Assembly (NCBI GenBank): GCA_963665325.3
Contig: OZ224045.1
Coordinates: 2,304,001-2,368,000 of the forward strand
Direction: 5' to 3'
Source: Alphaproteobacteria bacterium
GTDB lineage: Bacteria > Pseudomonadota > Alphaproteobacteria > Bin95
Length of the DNA: 64,000 bases
In this document: in pieces, positions 1 through 11,000 of the stretch
Layout of the letters: the number at the start of each line of letters is the position of its first letter
Numbering within the stretch: position 1 is the first letter of the stretch
The notes under the pieces: model-generated
Told to the model about the DNA's origin: nothing
Database searches by the model: none
The model's input: the letters and a program-made list of their open reading frames with translations, nothing else
Program-made: the position numbers and the translations under genes

Positions 1-3000
1 TTCGGAACGCTGCCCTCCGAGGTGTCGGCGGGCTACCGGACGACAACGGAGGTGCATTTCTTCGACAGGGCGAGCCCGGGCGATGTTCGCCTGGTGGGAG
101 GGAACGGCCTGCCGACGGCCGACGGCAGGGGCCGCCTGCAGGTGTTCTACCAGAGGCAGTGGGGCACGGTGTGCGACGACCGCATGGAGGGCAGCTTCAA
201 TATCTACGGCAACAGGGGCAACGTGCTTCGGACCGTGCCCAACCACGCGCCGGCGCTCGCTTGCCAGCTCATGGGCTACGAGACCGGCGAGGACATCCCC
301 CTCGGCCCCTTCCGGAAAAGAAGCAGCGTCCCCGAGCCCATCTGGCTCGACGACCTGCGCTGCGAGGAGCGCAACGTGATGATGTACGGCGAGGAGAGCG
401 GCAGGCACTGGACGGGGGAGCTGCCGACACAGCTCGACCACTGCTTCCATGCCGGGATCGGGCGCGACAACTGCACACACGACGAGGACGTGGCGCTGCA
501 GTGCACCGGCGTGAACCCGAATATCGGGAACCAGGTCGTGGCCGAGCCGCTGCGGGTGGCGTTTGTGGACGTTCCGAAGACGGGCCATGACGGCGAGACG
601 GCGTTCACGTTCGGGCTCGACTTCAGCGAGGCGGTGGCGATCACGGCCGAGGACATGCGCGACCACGCGCTCGATGTGAGCGGGGCGACGGTGACCTCTG
701 CGGCGCTGGCGGACGGACGCGACGACCTGTGGGAGTTCACGCTCGAGCCCTCGGGCACCGATAACGTGGTCATCACGGTGGCGGGGAAGGACAGTTGCTC
801 GGACACCGGGGCGCTGTGCACCGCGCTCGGAGCGGGGCTGGAGAACCGGCTTTCGACGGTGATTCCCTACGTGCCGGCGCCGGCGGAGGCGGGTCTGACG
901 GCGGAGTTCCTGGACGTGCCCGACAAGCATGACGGCTCGAGCGCGTTCACGGTGCGCCTGGTGTACAGCGAACCCGTGTTCGACGGCACCGAGACGTTCA
1001 ACAGGAACCGGTCGGTACGCGACGCCCTGTCGGTGAGCGGCGGCAGCGCCACGGAAGCAGTCCGGGTCGACAACGACAGCTACGACCAGTGGACGATCAC
1101 GATCCGTCCGACCGACCACAACCCGGTCACGGTGACACTGCCGGCCGGCGGCGACTGCGCGACGGCGCCGTGCACCGACGACGGGCAAACGCTCTCGCAG
1201 GAAGTCAGCGCCACCATCGAGGGCCCGCCGGGGCTGTCGGTTGCCGATGCGGAAGTCGAGGAAGGCCCGGACGCGAAGCTCGCCTTCGTCATCACACTCG
1301 ATCGTGCGGTCTCGTGGACGGTGACGGTGCAGGCCTCGACCTCCGACGGCACCGCGGTGGCGGGCGAGGACTATCGCGCGAAGACCCTGACCAAGACCTT
1401 CGCCCCGGGCGAGACCAGGAAGGTTGCGGTGATACGGGTGCTCGAGGACGGCCATGACGACGACGGCGAGACGATGACGCTCACGCTCTCGAACCCGACC
1501 GGTGCCTATATCGCGGACGGCACGGCGACGGGGACCATCACGAACTCGGATCCGCTCCAGAAGATATGGCTGGCGCGGTTCGGGCGCACGGTGGCCCTCC
1601 AGACCGTCAAGGCTCTGGAGGGGCGCTTCGCCATCGGGTTGGAGGCCTCGCCGCGCATGACGATGACGGTGGCAGGCCAGAGCATGGACCTCTCGCGGAT
1701 CGGCGACGACAAGGCGCTGGCGCAGACGATGACGGGGCTTGCGCGGGCGTTCGGCGCGCCGGGTGCGAACCCCGGATCGGGGGGAGCCAGCCCCGGCCTT
1801 CGAGCCGGGGGGGCAGGCTCCGGCGACGACCTGTTCGCACGGCACGGTATCGGCGGATCCTGGAACGAGGGCGGATCCTCGGCGCCGGCGCAGCCGGTTA
1901 CGAAGCGCGATCTTCTGCTCGGGAGTTCGTTCCACTTCACGACCGGCGAGGCGTCGGGCCTGGGGGGCGCGATGACCGGCTGGGGCAAGGTGCTGTCGGG
2001 CGGGTCGAGCAGTTCGTTTGGCGGCGGGCTGTCGTTTACGAGCGAGACGGCAACCGGCGTACTCGGAATGGACTGGGAGCGGGACAGGCTCCTGGTCGGA
2101 GTGGCGCTGTCGCGGAGCGTCGAGAAGGGTAGCGCGGCGTTCGATCGGACGGGTCTGCAATATGACATCGAGGGCGCGCTCTCGATGGTGGCGCCCTATC
2201 TGCGCGTGCAGGCCGGCGAGCGGCTGTCGTTCTGGAGCGCGGTCGGTTCGGGCAGCGGCTCCATGTCGCTTTCGCGGGGCCGCGGATGGCAGACGGCGGA
2301 CATCGCCATGCAGCTTGCGGCTGCGGGCGGGCGCGCAGAGCTGCTGCGTCCCGGGGCCGATGGCGGGCTTGCGCTGGCGCTGAAGACGGATGCGTTCTTC
2401 GTGCGGGCGGAGTCGGCGCGGGTATCGACGCCCGGCGTCGGCAATCTCGGGGCTGCGACGGGCGATGCAAGCCGCGTGCGGGCCGTATTGGAAGGGTCGC
2501 GGGCGTTCGCGCTGGCTGGCGGCGGGGCGCTGGCGCCGTCGCTGTCGCTCGGGCTGCGCCATGACGGCGGCGATGCGGAGACGGGTTCAGGTGTGGAGGT
2601 CGGCGCCGGGCTCACATGGTCCGCGCCGGCAGCCGGGCTGACCTCGGACCTGCGCCTCTACGGCCTTGCGGCGCATGAGGCGGGCGGCTACGACGAATGG
2701 GGGGCGAGCGGTTCGCTGCGGATGGTTCCGGGCGCGTCAGGCCGCGGCCTGTCGCTGTCGATGACGCCGTCATGGGGCGCCCGGGACCAGGCCGGGCGGC
2801 TGTGGAATGCGGCGCCCGGCGGGTTGGCCGGGGACGGCGGGAGCGAACAGCCGAGCATACGCCTCGACACGGAACTCGGCTACGGGCTGCCGCTGTCGGA
2901 CGGCCTGACCGGCACGCCGTATGCGGGCTTCGGGTTCGGCGACGCCGGCGCCCGGGACTACCGCCTCGGCTGGCGGCTCGCGTCGGACCGGTTGCGATCG

Positions 3001-3102
3001 CTCACCCTGGGCGTCGAGGCGACCCGCCGCGAGGCCGCGAACGACAATGGAGCGGGGTCCGCGGAGCACGGCATGACGCTGCGCGCCGGGCTGCGCTGGT
3101 AG
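1..3102 (+). CDS. Large surface/autotransporter-like protein, copy 1 (SRCR, Ig-like modules, Calx-beta, barrel type A); 5' end lies outside the window
   Basis: Frame is open from base 1 (FGTLPSEVSAG...). SRCR motifs VRLVGG...GRLQV...WGTVCDD...IWLDDLRC...C.HDEDVALQC; Calx-beta (LSVADAEVEEG...TSDGTAVAGEDY...ETMTLTLSNP); LRHDGGDAETG barrel motif; C-terminal W. Confidence 0.85.
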   Translation, partial: FGTLPSEVSAGYRTTTEVHFFDRASPGDVRLVGGNGLPTADGRGRLQVFYQRQWGTVCDDRMEGSFNIYGNRGNVLRTVPNHAPALACQLMGYETGEDIPLGPFRKRSSVPEPIWLDDLRCEERNVMMYGEESGRHWTGELPTQLDHCFHAGIGRDNCTHDEDVALQCTGVNPNIGNQVVAEPLRVAFVDVPKTGHDGETAFTFGLDFSEAVAITAEDMRDHALDVSGATVTSAALADGRDDLWEFTLEPSGTDNVVITVAGKDSCSDTGALCTALGAGLENRLSTVIPYVPAPAEAGLTAEFLDVPDKHDGSSAFTVRLVYSEPVFDGTETFNRNRSVRDALSVSGGSATEAVRVDNDSYDQWTITIRPTDHNPVTVTLPAGGDCATAPCTDDGQTLSQEVSATIEGPPGLSVADAEVEEGPDAKLAFVITLDRAVSWTVTVQASTSDGTAVAGEDYRAKTLTKTFAPGETRKVAVIRVLEDGHDDDGETMTLTLSNPTGAYIADGTATGTITNSDPLQKIWLARFGRTVALQTVKALEGRFAIGLEASPRMTMTVAGQSMDLSRIGDDKALAQTMTGLARAFGAPGANPGSGGASPGLRAGGAGSGDDLFARHGIGGSWNEGGSSAPAQPVTKRDLLLGSSFHFTTGEASGLGGAMTGWGKVLSGGSSSSFGGGLSFTSETATGVLGMDWERDRLLVGVALSRSVEKGSAAFDRTGLQYDIEGALSMVAPYLRVQAGERLSFWSAVGSGSGSMSLSRGRGWQTADIAMQLAAAGGRAELLRPGADGGLALALKTDAFFVRAESARVSTPGVGNLGAATGDASRVRAVLEGSRAFALAGGGALAPSLSLGLRHDGGDAETGSGVEVGAGLTWSAPAAGLTSDLRLYGLAAHEAGGYDEWGASGSLRMVPGASGRGLSLSMTPSWGARDQAGRLWNAAPGGLAGDGGSEQPSIRLDTELGYGLPLSDGLTGTPYAGFGFGDAGARDYRLGWRLASDRLRSLTLGVEATRREAANDNGAGSAEHGMTLRAGLRW

Positions 3103-3131
3103 GGCCGACACCCGGGGCGTGAACGTGCGCG

Positions 3132-3258
3132 GGGGATCGAGGCGCAGCTGAGCGCGCGGGCGGTTGCGTTCGAGACCCGTCTCGAGGCCTCGCGCCACGA
3201 TGCCGCCAACGACAATGCCGAACACCGCATCGGCCTCACCCTGACCGCGCGGTGATAG
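3132..3258 (+). pseudogene. Remnant of a type-B barrel 3' end with an internal deletion
   Basis: Matches 20669-20697 fused to 21157-21263 through the shared 9-mer GCGCGCGGG; the terminal Trp codon TGG is TGA here. Confidence 0.8.
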
Positions 3259-3383
3259 AGGGGTCGATTCCGGAAAAGGGCAGAATCACACTCCAGGCCC
3301 GGTTGGCCTCTTCACGGCAGCCGTGACGGGACTCTGCCCCGCCGGCGCGCGATTTCCCCGTCCGCTCACCCGGCGCCCCCGGA

Positions 3384-3671
3384 TCAGGTCCGGGGCAGGC
3401 AGTTCACATGATCGCGCAGCGTCTTGCCCGGCTTGAACGCCGGCACGGTCGACGCGGCGATCTCTACGCTCTCGCCGGTCCGCGGATTGCGGCCGGTGCG
3501 GGCCGGACGGTCCCTGGTGGCGAAGGTCCCGAAGCCCGAAAGGCTGACGGCCTCGCCGCGCCCGAGAGAGCCCGCAATACCGGAGAGCATCGCGTTCACC
3601 GCGGCTGCGGCCGTCACCTGGGTCACTCCCGCTTCCTCGGCAACATGGCGAACGAGATCGGTCTTTTTCAT
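3384..3671 (-). CDS. hup: HU family DNA-binding protein
   Basis: MKKTDLV...GFGTF...ARTGRNPRTGESVEIAASTVPAFKPGKTL. Confidence 0.93.
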   Translation of the reverse strand: MKKTDLVRHVAEEAGVTQVTAAAAVNAMLSGIAGSLGRGEAVSLSGFGTFATRDRPARTGRNPRTGESVEIAASTVPAFKPGKTLRDHVNCLPRT

Positions 3672-3772
3672 CTGAAATGTCTCCCTTCAGGCCTGTCCGT
3701 GACAGGCGGTTTTCGTCTGTCTTCGCCCATACGCCCGGTATAGGAACGGCGGGAAATTGCCGCCGGATCGAG

Positions 3773-4117
3773 CTACCGGCCGAGGACAATGTCGAGGCCG
3801 GCGAGCAGCAAATCGACCTTCGCCGGCGGGATCCGGCCTGTGCGTTCGTCGAGAAGCTCCCGGTCGAGAGCGACGACCTGCGACACGTTCGCGACAGAGT
3901 CCTTCGGCAAACCCGTTATTCCCGCGGTCAACAGCACGTTTCCCGGGGCGTCTCCCCATCGCAGATTGCTTGTGAGCGGCACGCAGACCGCTGTGGCCAG
4001 CCGACTTCGATTCAGGGCGTCTCCCTGGACGACGACGACCGGGCGCCGGAACCCCGGCCCGGAACCTGTGGGCTCGGGCAATTCGGCCCAGCACACATCG
4101 CCTTGGGAGATCACCAT
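3773..4117 (-). CDS. mazF: PemK/MazF family toxin
   Basis: QGDVCWAELPEPTGSGPGFRRPVVVVQGDALNRS...VPLTSN...GLPKDSVANVSQV. Confidence 0.92.
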   Translation of the reverse strand: MVISQGDVCWAELPEPTGSGPGFRRPVVVVQGDALNRSRLATAVCVPLTSNLRWGDAPGNVLLTAGITGLPKDSVANVSQVVALDRELLDERTGRIPPAKVDLLLAGLDIVLGR

Positions 4118-4347
4118 TCAACGCGATCGAGCACCTGCCGGCCTGCTGCGGCGAGGAAGGCGTCATCGGTCTCGCCAATCCGGTCGCACACGCGGTTCAT
4201 CGTGTCGGTGACCTCCTCGCGCTCATGGCGCGCGAGATATTCGCCGAGCGCCGTCGCATAGATTTCGCTTCGGGACCGCCGCTCCTGTGCAGCCAGGCGT
4301 TCCGCGCGTTCGAAAATGCCGTTGGGAATCGATACCGCTGTCTTCAT
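4111..4347 (-). CDS. Ribbon-helix-helix antitoxin partner of MazF
   Basis: MKTAVSIPNGIFERAERLA...SRSEIYATAL; overlaps the toxin start. Confidence 0.88.
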   Translation of the reverse strand: MKTAVSIPNGIFERAERLAAQERRSRSEIYATALGEYLARHEREEVTDTMNRVCDRIGETDDAFLAAAGRQVLDRVEW

Positions 4348-4353
4348 ACCAAT

Positions 4354-4384
4354 AGTATAACCATCCCGTGCCACCCCTTGTCAA
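4354..4384 (-). promoter_or_regulatory. Probable sigma70 promoter of the TA operon (leaderless mRNA)
   Basis: TTGACA (4384-4379) and TATACT (4359-4354), 6 nt upstream of the ATG; the 19-nt spacer is long. Confidence 0.5.
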
Positions 4385-4409
4385 AGCGGATAGCAGCAGG
4401 CGCGGTCGT

Positions 4410-4694
4410 TCATTCCGCTGCGGTGACGCGGCCGCGGTCCTCTATCCGGCGGAGGATATGGATGCGGCGGCGCTCGGGCGACCACCCCTCGCGCTCGAAC
4501 ATCTCGAACATGGAGACCTCTTCCGCCGTGAGGGGATCGCTCTCGATCGCCTGCAGGTGCGCAGCCTCCGCCAGTCGGCCGTTCGCCGCAGCGCCCTGCA
4601 ACCTCTTGCCCCCGATGGCGAGGGCCTCAAGAGCCGCTGCGGCGTCCTTGATCGCGTCGGGGTTCGGATCGCGGCGAAGCTGGCTGGCCAGCAT
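4410..4694 (-). CDS. Small hypothetical protein, C-terminus resembles Fic-antitoxin-like proteins
   Basis: LAEAAHLQAIESDPLTAEEVSMFEMFEREGWS resembles the xxxIE(G/N)xPL inhibitory helix. Confidence 0.4.
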   Translation of the reverse strand: MLASQLRRDPNPDAIKDAAAALEALAIGGKRLQGAAANGRLAEAAHLQAIESDPLTAEEVSMFEMFEREGWSPERRRIHILRRIEDRGRVTAAE

Positions 4695-4734
4695 GCGCAG
4701 GGCGTCAGGGCCATCACAGCGCCTCCAGGCTGTC

Positions 4735-4911
4735 TCAGGAGTCCGCCAGACGTCGATAGACGCCCGGGCGCCGGTCCATGTCGTCCTCGAGGGCCTGCAT
4801 CATCGCGTCGGAGATCGCCCGGCGCCGCGAGGTCCGCGATGACGGCCGCTCCTCTCCGCTCTTCGGCTCCGGTTCGCGCGGAACCCGCCTGCTCTTCCCG
4901 ATGTCCATCAT
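4735..4911 (-). CDS. Small hypothetical protein (antitoxin-like C-terminus)
   Basis: ATGA overlap with the resolvase stop; ends ALEDDMDRRPGVYRRLADS. Confidence 0.4.
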   Translation of the reverse strand: MMDIGKSRRVPREPEPKSGEERPSSRTSRRRAISDAMMQALEDDMDRRPGVYRRLADS

Positions 4912-5494
4912 TTCGTGGCCTCGCTCCCGAGCAGCTTCTGCCCAGGCTCCTTCGGCGTGCCGTCGCCGTTCACATACATGTAGAGCGTCGTGGTCGTGAT
5001 GCCGAGCCGGCGCGCCAGGTCCTGGGCGTTGGTCTCGCGCGACGCCATGGCGTTCATCGCCATCCGGAGCATGGGCAGGTCCATCTTGCGCGGCCGGCCG
5101 CCCAGGCGGCCTCGGGCTCGCGCTGCGACCAGGCCGGCCCGGGTGCGTTCGGCGATGAGTTCGCGCTCGAACTCGGCGAGCGAGGCGAAAATGCCGAACA
5201 CCAGGCGACCGTTCGCCGTCGTGGTGTCGATCTCGGCCCCGGCGCCGGCAAGCACCCGGAATCCAACTTCCCGGGCGCGCAGCTCGTCCACCGTGTTCAC
5301 GAGGTGCTTCAGGTCGCGGCCCAAACGGTCGAGTTTCCACACGACCATCGTGTTGCCCGGCTGAAGCGCCTTCAGGCAGGACTCCAGGCCCGGACGATGG
5401 TCCTTGCGCCCCGAGGCCCTGTCCTCGTAGATCCGCTGCGCCTCGACGCCGGCGCCGATGAGCGCGTCGCGCTGCAGGTCGAGCAGCTGGCTGC
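4908..5494 (-). pseudogene. Serine resolvase/invertase, 5'-truncated by IS21
   Basis: SQLLDLQRDAL...EDRASG...RPGL...VWKLDRLGR...AEFERELIAERTRAG plus C-terminal HTH; the N-terminal catalytic YxRVS segment is absent. Confidence 0.88.
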
Positions 5495-5604
5495 TGTTAA
5501 CGGCGGCGGAATAATGCTCCACAGGAAGCGCCCGTTTGGTCGGGTCGCGGCGGCGCAAAATTGCGCCAGTGATGCCCCCTTGTCCGTTTGGTCGGGGGCG
5601 GGGG

Positions 5605-7107
5605 ATGTATGGGGTGGAGCTTTACGCAGCGGTACGACTTGCGGTTGTCGAGGAGGGTCTGAGCCATCATGAGGCCGGTCGGCGGTTCGGGATCGACCGT
5701 CGCACGGTGAAGAAGATGCTGAGCTATTCGGCGCCTCCGGGCTATCGGCGCCGGAAGCCGGTGCGTCGTCCGAAGCTGGACGGGTTCACCGGGATCGTCG
5801 ATGCGATCCTGGAGGGGGACCGGGCGCCGGAGGTGCCGGTCAAGCAGCGGCACACGGCGCACCGGATTTTCGAACGGCTGCGTGACGAGCACGGGTTCAC
5901 GGGTGGCTACACCATCGTGAAGGACTATGTGCGCTCGCGGCGGCAGTCGACGCGCGAGGCCTTCGTGCCGCTGCATCATCCGCCGGGCCATGCGCAGGTC
6001 GACTTCGGCGAGGCGGTGGTCGAGGTCGGGGGCCGGCGCGAGAAGGTCGCTGTCTTCTGCCTGATCCTGCCGCATAGCGACCTGTGGTTCGTGAAGGCCT
6101 ATCCGAGGGAGACGACGGAGGCGTTCCTGGACGGCCATGTCAGCGCCTTCGCCTTCCTCGGCGGGGTTCCGCTTTCGGTGCTTTACGACAACACGACCCT
6201 GGCAGTGGCGCGGATCCTGGGCGACGGCACGCGTCAGCGCACGCGGGCGTTCACGCATCTGCAGTCGCACTACCTGTTCCGCGACCGCTTCGGTCGTCCC
6301 GGCAAGGGCAACGACAAGGGCAAGGTGGAGGCGCTGGTGAAGACGGCGCGGCGCAAGTTCATGGTGCCGATCCCAAAGGTGCCCGATCTGGATGTTCTGA
6401 ACGAGCGGCTTCTGGCGCGCTGCCTGGAGCGGCTCGACGCGCTGCAGCAGAGCGCGCAGGCGGCGGCGTTGCTCGCCGATCTCGACACCCTGCGCGATCT
6501 TCCGGGCGCGCCCTTCGAGGCGTGCGAGCATGTGCCGGCCCGCGTGTCCTCGACGGCGCTGGTGCGCTACCGGTCGGTGGACTACTCGGCCCCGGCGGTG
6601 CACGCCCACAAGAAGGTGACGATCAAGGGCTATGTCGACCGGGTCGAGATCGCGCTCGGCGCCGGGATCGTCGCCCGCCACCGGCGTTCCTATGTCCGCG
6701 GCGACGTCGTTTACGACCCGCTGCACTATCTCTCGCTGCTGGAGAAGAAGCCGGGGGCGCTGGACCAGGCGGCGCCGTTGCGGGGCTGGAAGCTCGATCC
6801 AGCCTTCGACGCGTTGCGCCGCCTGCTCGAGGCGCGCTTCGGGCCGCGCGGCAAGCGGGACTACATCCAGACCCTGCGCCTGCTGGAGGACTTTCCGGAG
6901 CGCCAGGTGACGGCCGCGGTGCGGGACGCGGTGGCGCGCCGGCTGGTCGGCTTCGACGCCGTCAAGCACCTGCTGCTGGCGCGCATCGAGAAGCGCCCGG
7001 CCCATCTCGACCTGACGCGCTACCCGCACCTGCCGCAGCCCCTCGTCGCCGCCACCCGGGCCGGCGACTATGCCTCCCTGCTGGCCGGAGGGGGCAGTCG
7101 TGGTTGA
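5605..7107 (+). CDS. istA: IS21 transposase IstA
   Basis: KQRHTAHRIFERL, AQVDFG, LYDN, GNDKGKVE DDE motifs. Confidence 0.93.
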   Translation: MYGVELYAAVRLAVVEEGLSHHEAGRRFGIDRRTVKKMLSYSAPPGYRRRKPVRRPKLDGFTGIVDAILEGDRAPEVPVKQRHTAHRIFERLRDEHGFTGGYTIVKDYVRSRRQSTREAFVPLHHPPGHAQVDFGEAVVEVGGRREKVAVFCLILPHSDLWFVKAYPRETTEAFLDGHVSAFAFLGGVPLSVLYDNTTLAVARILGDGTRQRTRAFTHLQSHYLFRDRFGRPGKGNDKGKVEALVKTARRKFMVPIPKVPDLDVLNERLLARCLERLDALQQSAQAAALLADLDTLRDLPGAPFEACEHVPARVSSTALVRYRSVDYSAPAVHAHKKVTIKGYVDRVEIALGAGIVARHRRSYVRGDVVYDPLHYLSLLEKKPGALDQAAPLRGWKLDPAFDALRRLLEARFGPRGKRDYIQTLRLLEDFPERQVTAAVRDAVARRLVGFDAVKHLLLARIEKRPAHLDLTRYPHLPQPLVAATRAGDYASLLAGGGSRG

Positions 7108-7864
7108 GGCGCCCCGCATCCTGCTCGAACACCACCTGAAGAAGCTCAAGCTGCCGACCGTCCTGCGGGAATACGAGAAGCTGGCCCGCCAGTGCGCGGC
7201 CGAGGGGCTGGATCATGTGCAGTTCCTCGCCCGGCTGGTGGAGATGGAGACGATCGACCGCGAGCGCCGCCTGGTCGAGCGCCGCATCCGGCAGGCCCGG
7301 TTCCCGGTCGTCAAGCAGCTCGAGAGCTTCGACTTCAAGGCCATCCCCAGCCTCAACAAGATGCTGGTGCTGGACCTCGCGCGCGGCGACTACATCGAGC
7401 GGCGCGAGAACGCGATCCTGCTCGGCCCGAGCGGTGTGGGGAAGACGCACATCGCTCTGGCCCTCGGCCTCGCCGCCTGCCAGAAGGGCCTCGCCGTGCG
7501 CTTCACCACCGCCTCCCAGCTCGTCCACGAGATGATCGAGGCGCGCGACGAGAAGAGGCTGCTCCGCCTCCAGGACCAGCTCGCCAGGGCCAGCCTGCTG
7601 ATCGTCGACGAACTCGGCTACGTGCCCCTCTCACAGAGCGGAAGCGAGCTGCTGTTCGACATCTTCAGCCGCCGCTACGAAAACGGCGCCACCATCGTCA
7701 CCTCGAACCTGCCCTTCCAGGAATGGACCTCGGTCTTCGCCAGCGAGCGCCTCACCGGCGCGCTGCTCGACCGCATCACCCACCATGTCCACATCCTGGA
7801 GATGAACGGCGAAAGCTACAGGCTCAAGCAAAGCCGGTCGCGACGACGGCCCCCCTCCGAATAA
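7100..7864 (+). CDS. istB: IS21 ATPase IstB
   Basis: GPSGVGKTH, LLIVDELGY, TSN, ALLDRITHH; overlaps the istA stop. Confidence 0.94.
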   Translation: MVEAPRILLEHHLKKLKLPTVLREYEKLARQCAAEGLDHVQFLARLVEMETIDRERRLVERRIRQARFPVVKQLESFDFKAIPSLNKMLVLDLARGDYIERRENAILLGPSGVGKTHIALALGLAACQKGLAVRFTTASQLVHEMIEARDEKRLLRLQDQLARASLLIVDELGYVPLSQSGSELLFDIFSRRYENGATIVTSNLPFQEWTSVFASERLTGALLDRITHHVHILEMNGESYRLKQSRSRRRPPSE

Positions 7865-8040
7865 CCCGCTTGCCCCCATAGACCACAGGTCCCTCCCACG
7901 CGCGGGTCGACGCCAGCCACGTGGAGGGCGAGCCGCCCCGCGCGCGGGGCCCTCCCATGGACTATGGGGACAAGCTACCGCCAAGCCCGTGGTACATTTT
8001 TACGCCGCCGCGCCGGTACATTTTTGCTCCGCCGTTGACA

Positions 8041-11000
8041 GACTACGATTGGTGTACCGAGATGACGGTGGGATACGGAATGATCTTTCCAAATCATTAC
8101 TACGGTTTCACTCCCAATTGGATTGAAGGTGGACATTGGGGAAGACTCAGCAACAGGGATATTGCCTATGAAGATAAAATCTTTAGATTCCAGCGGATAG
8201 GGTTCACCGCAGATGTTTACGGTGGCAGATTGGTATATGTGTACTTCACCAAGAACGAGCAACTGCCGGATGGGATGGTCTTGAATTTGGGCGGGGCCAG
8301 ATTCGTGGCGGATGGCAATAGCTGGTTTGACGATGTGAGTACTGGGAAGCATATCTTTGTTTACCCCAACGGGTTTAGCATGGTTGAAGGACAGAAAATG
8401 ACCCTGAGCGCGAAGTTTCCCGACGACACCAACACGACGGGACAACCATCGATTACGGGCACACCGCAAGTAGGGGAGACCCTGACTGCAAACACTGGCG
8501 ACATTATGGACAGCGATGGCCTGGGCGCATTCAGCTACCAGTGGATCCGGGTGGACGGGCTTACCGAAACGACCATCGCTGGCGCCACCAGTAATACGTA
8601 TGCCCCAATAACGGCCGATGTGGGGAAACGTATCAAGGTAAAGGTCAGCTTTACCGACGGCGACGGTACCGAAGAGTCTGTCACCGGTGACGCTTATCCC
8701 TCAAGAGGTTATCCGTCGAGTGCCATTGGCATCGCAGCGGCAAAGACGGCCTGTCCCGCTGACAATGATTGGTGCGCAGAATTGACCGTGGGATACGGAG
8801 AACACGGTGACCCTGTTGTGGAATTCTACTATGGATTTACACCCTTGAACGTATACAGGTCCGATGGCGGTGGTGGATTTACGGGAACACTTAGTAATAG
8901 GGAACTCAGCTACAATTCCACAAATGTGACCTTTCAAAGGCTCGGGATTACCGATAAGGAATTTACCTTTGTGTACGCAGGTTTTGCAAACAGTGAACGC
9001 GTACCGGATGGCACGGTTTTCAATTACGGCGGGACCACATTCACCGCGGACAGTGAGAACTTTAGTTATGACACGTTCGGCATAGGGCAGTACGTCTTTA
9101 ATCATCGCTCTGGCTTGAGCATGGTTGAAGGCCAGAAGATGACGGTGAGTGTTACGTTCCCCGAGAGTACTAACTCTGCCACGGGCCAACCATCGATCAC
9201 GGGTACGCCGCAGGTAGGCCAGACCTTGAGCGTCAGCACCGCCGACATCGTGGATGCCGACGGCAAGACCAAGGCCGAGAATGATGACGTCGGCTACGCG
9301 TATACCTACCAGTGGCTCCGGCTGGACGAGGGCACGGAGACAGAGATTTCGGATGCGACCGCGGATTCCTACACCCTGAGTGACGACGACGAGGGCGCGA
9401 CGGTCAAGGTCCGGGTGAGCTTTACCGACGATCGGGACAATCCGGAGGGACCGCTCGAGAGCGCGGCCACTGCCACGGTGACGGCGCCGGCGGTGGCGGG
9501 GCTGACGGCCGAGTTCCTGGACGTGCCGGACGAGCACGACAGCTCGAGCGCGTTCACGTTCCGGCTCGCCTTCAGCGAGGACATCCGCAATGGCTACCGC
9601 AGGGTCCGCGACGACCTGCTTTCGACCACCGGCGGAACGGTCACCGGCGCACGCCGCGTGGAAAAGCGCCGCGACCTGTGGGAGATCGAGGTGGAGCCTT
9701 CGGGCAGCGACGCCGTGACGGTGACGCTGGCCGCAGGCGAGGACTGCGCGACGGCGCCCTGCACAAACGACCGCCGCACGCTGTCGGAGGAGATCTCCGC
9801 CACGATCGCGGGCCCGTCCCTGCCCGGGCTCTCGATCGCGGACGCCGAGGTCGAGGAAGGCCCGGGGGCGAAGCTGGCCTTCGCGATCACGCTCGACCGC
9901 GCGGCTTCGGGCACGGTGACCGTGCAGGCCTCGACCTCCGACGGCACGGCGGTGGCGGGCGAGGACTATCGCGCGAAGACCCTGACCAAGACCTTCGCCC
10001 CGGGCGAGACCAGGAAGATTGCGGTGATACGGGTGCTCGAGGACGGCCATGACGACGACGGCGAGACGATGACGCTCACGCTCTCGAACCCGACCGGTGC
10101 CTATATCGCGGACGGCACGGCGACGGGGACCATCACGAACTCGGATCCGCTCCAGAAGATGTGGCTCTCGCGCTTCGGGCGCACTGTGGCCCTCCAGACG
10201 ATCCAGGCTCTGGAGGGGCGCTTCGCCATCGGGTCGGACGCTTCGCCGCGCATGACGATGACGGTGGCAGGCCAGAGCATGGACCTCTCGCGGATCGGCG
10301 ACGACGAGGCGCTGGCGGAGACGATGACGGGGCTTGCGCGGGCGTTCGGCGCGCCGGGTGCGCCGGCGGCGAACCCCGGATCGGGGTCCGGGGCAGGCTC
10401 CGGCGACGACCCGTTCGCGCGGCACGGTATCGGCGGATCCTGGAACGAGGCCGACTCCCCGGCGCCGGCGCAGCCGGTTACGGGGCGCGATCTCCTGCTC
10501 GGGAGTTCGTTCCACTTCACGACCGGCGAGGCGTCGGGCCTGGGGGGCGCGATGACCGGCTGGGGCAAGGTGCTGTCGGGCGGGTCGAGCAGTTCGTTTG
10601 GCGGCGGGCTGTCGTTTACGAGCGAGACGGCGACCGGCGTGCTCGGCATGGACTGGGAGCGGGACAGGCTTCTGGTCGGGGTGGCGCTGTCGCGGAGCGT
10701 CGAGAAGGGTAGCGCGGCGTTCGATCGGACGGGTCTGCAATACGACATTGAGGGCTCGCTCTCGATGGTCACGCCCTATCTGCACGTGCAGGCAGGCGAG
10801 CGGCTGTCGTTCTGGAGCGCGGTCGGTTCGGGCAGCGGCTCGATGTCGCTCTCGCAGGGCGGCGGATGGCAGACGGCGGACATCGCCGTGCAGCTTGCGG
10901 CTGCGGGCGGGCGCGCCGAGCTGCTGCGTCCCGGGGCCGATGGCGGACTTGCGCTGGCGCTGAAGACGGATGCGTTCTTCGTGCGGAGCGAGTCGGCGCG

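Larger units (their letters stand above)
5495..8040 (+). mobile_element. IS21 family insertion sequence
   Basis: Ends TGTTAACGGCGGCGGAATAATG and (reverse complement) TGTCAACGGCGGAGCAAAAATG, with internal repeated sites; contains istA and istB. Confidence 0.93.

Noticed and set aside
30-924. Identity with 18176-19070 as a pure assembly artefact
   Set aside because: The flanking sequence carries distinct substitutions and different barrels, which favours real paralogy; long reads are still needed to exclude it.
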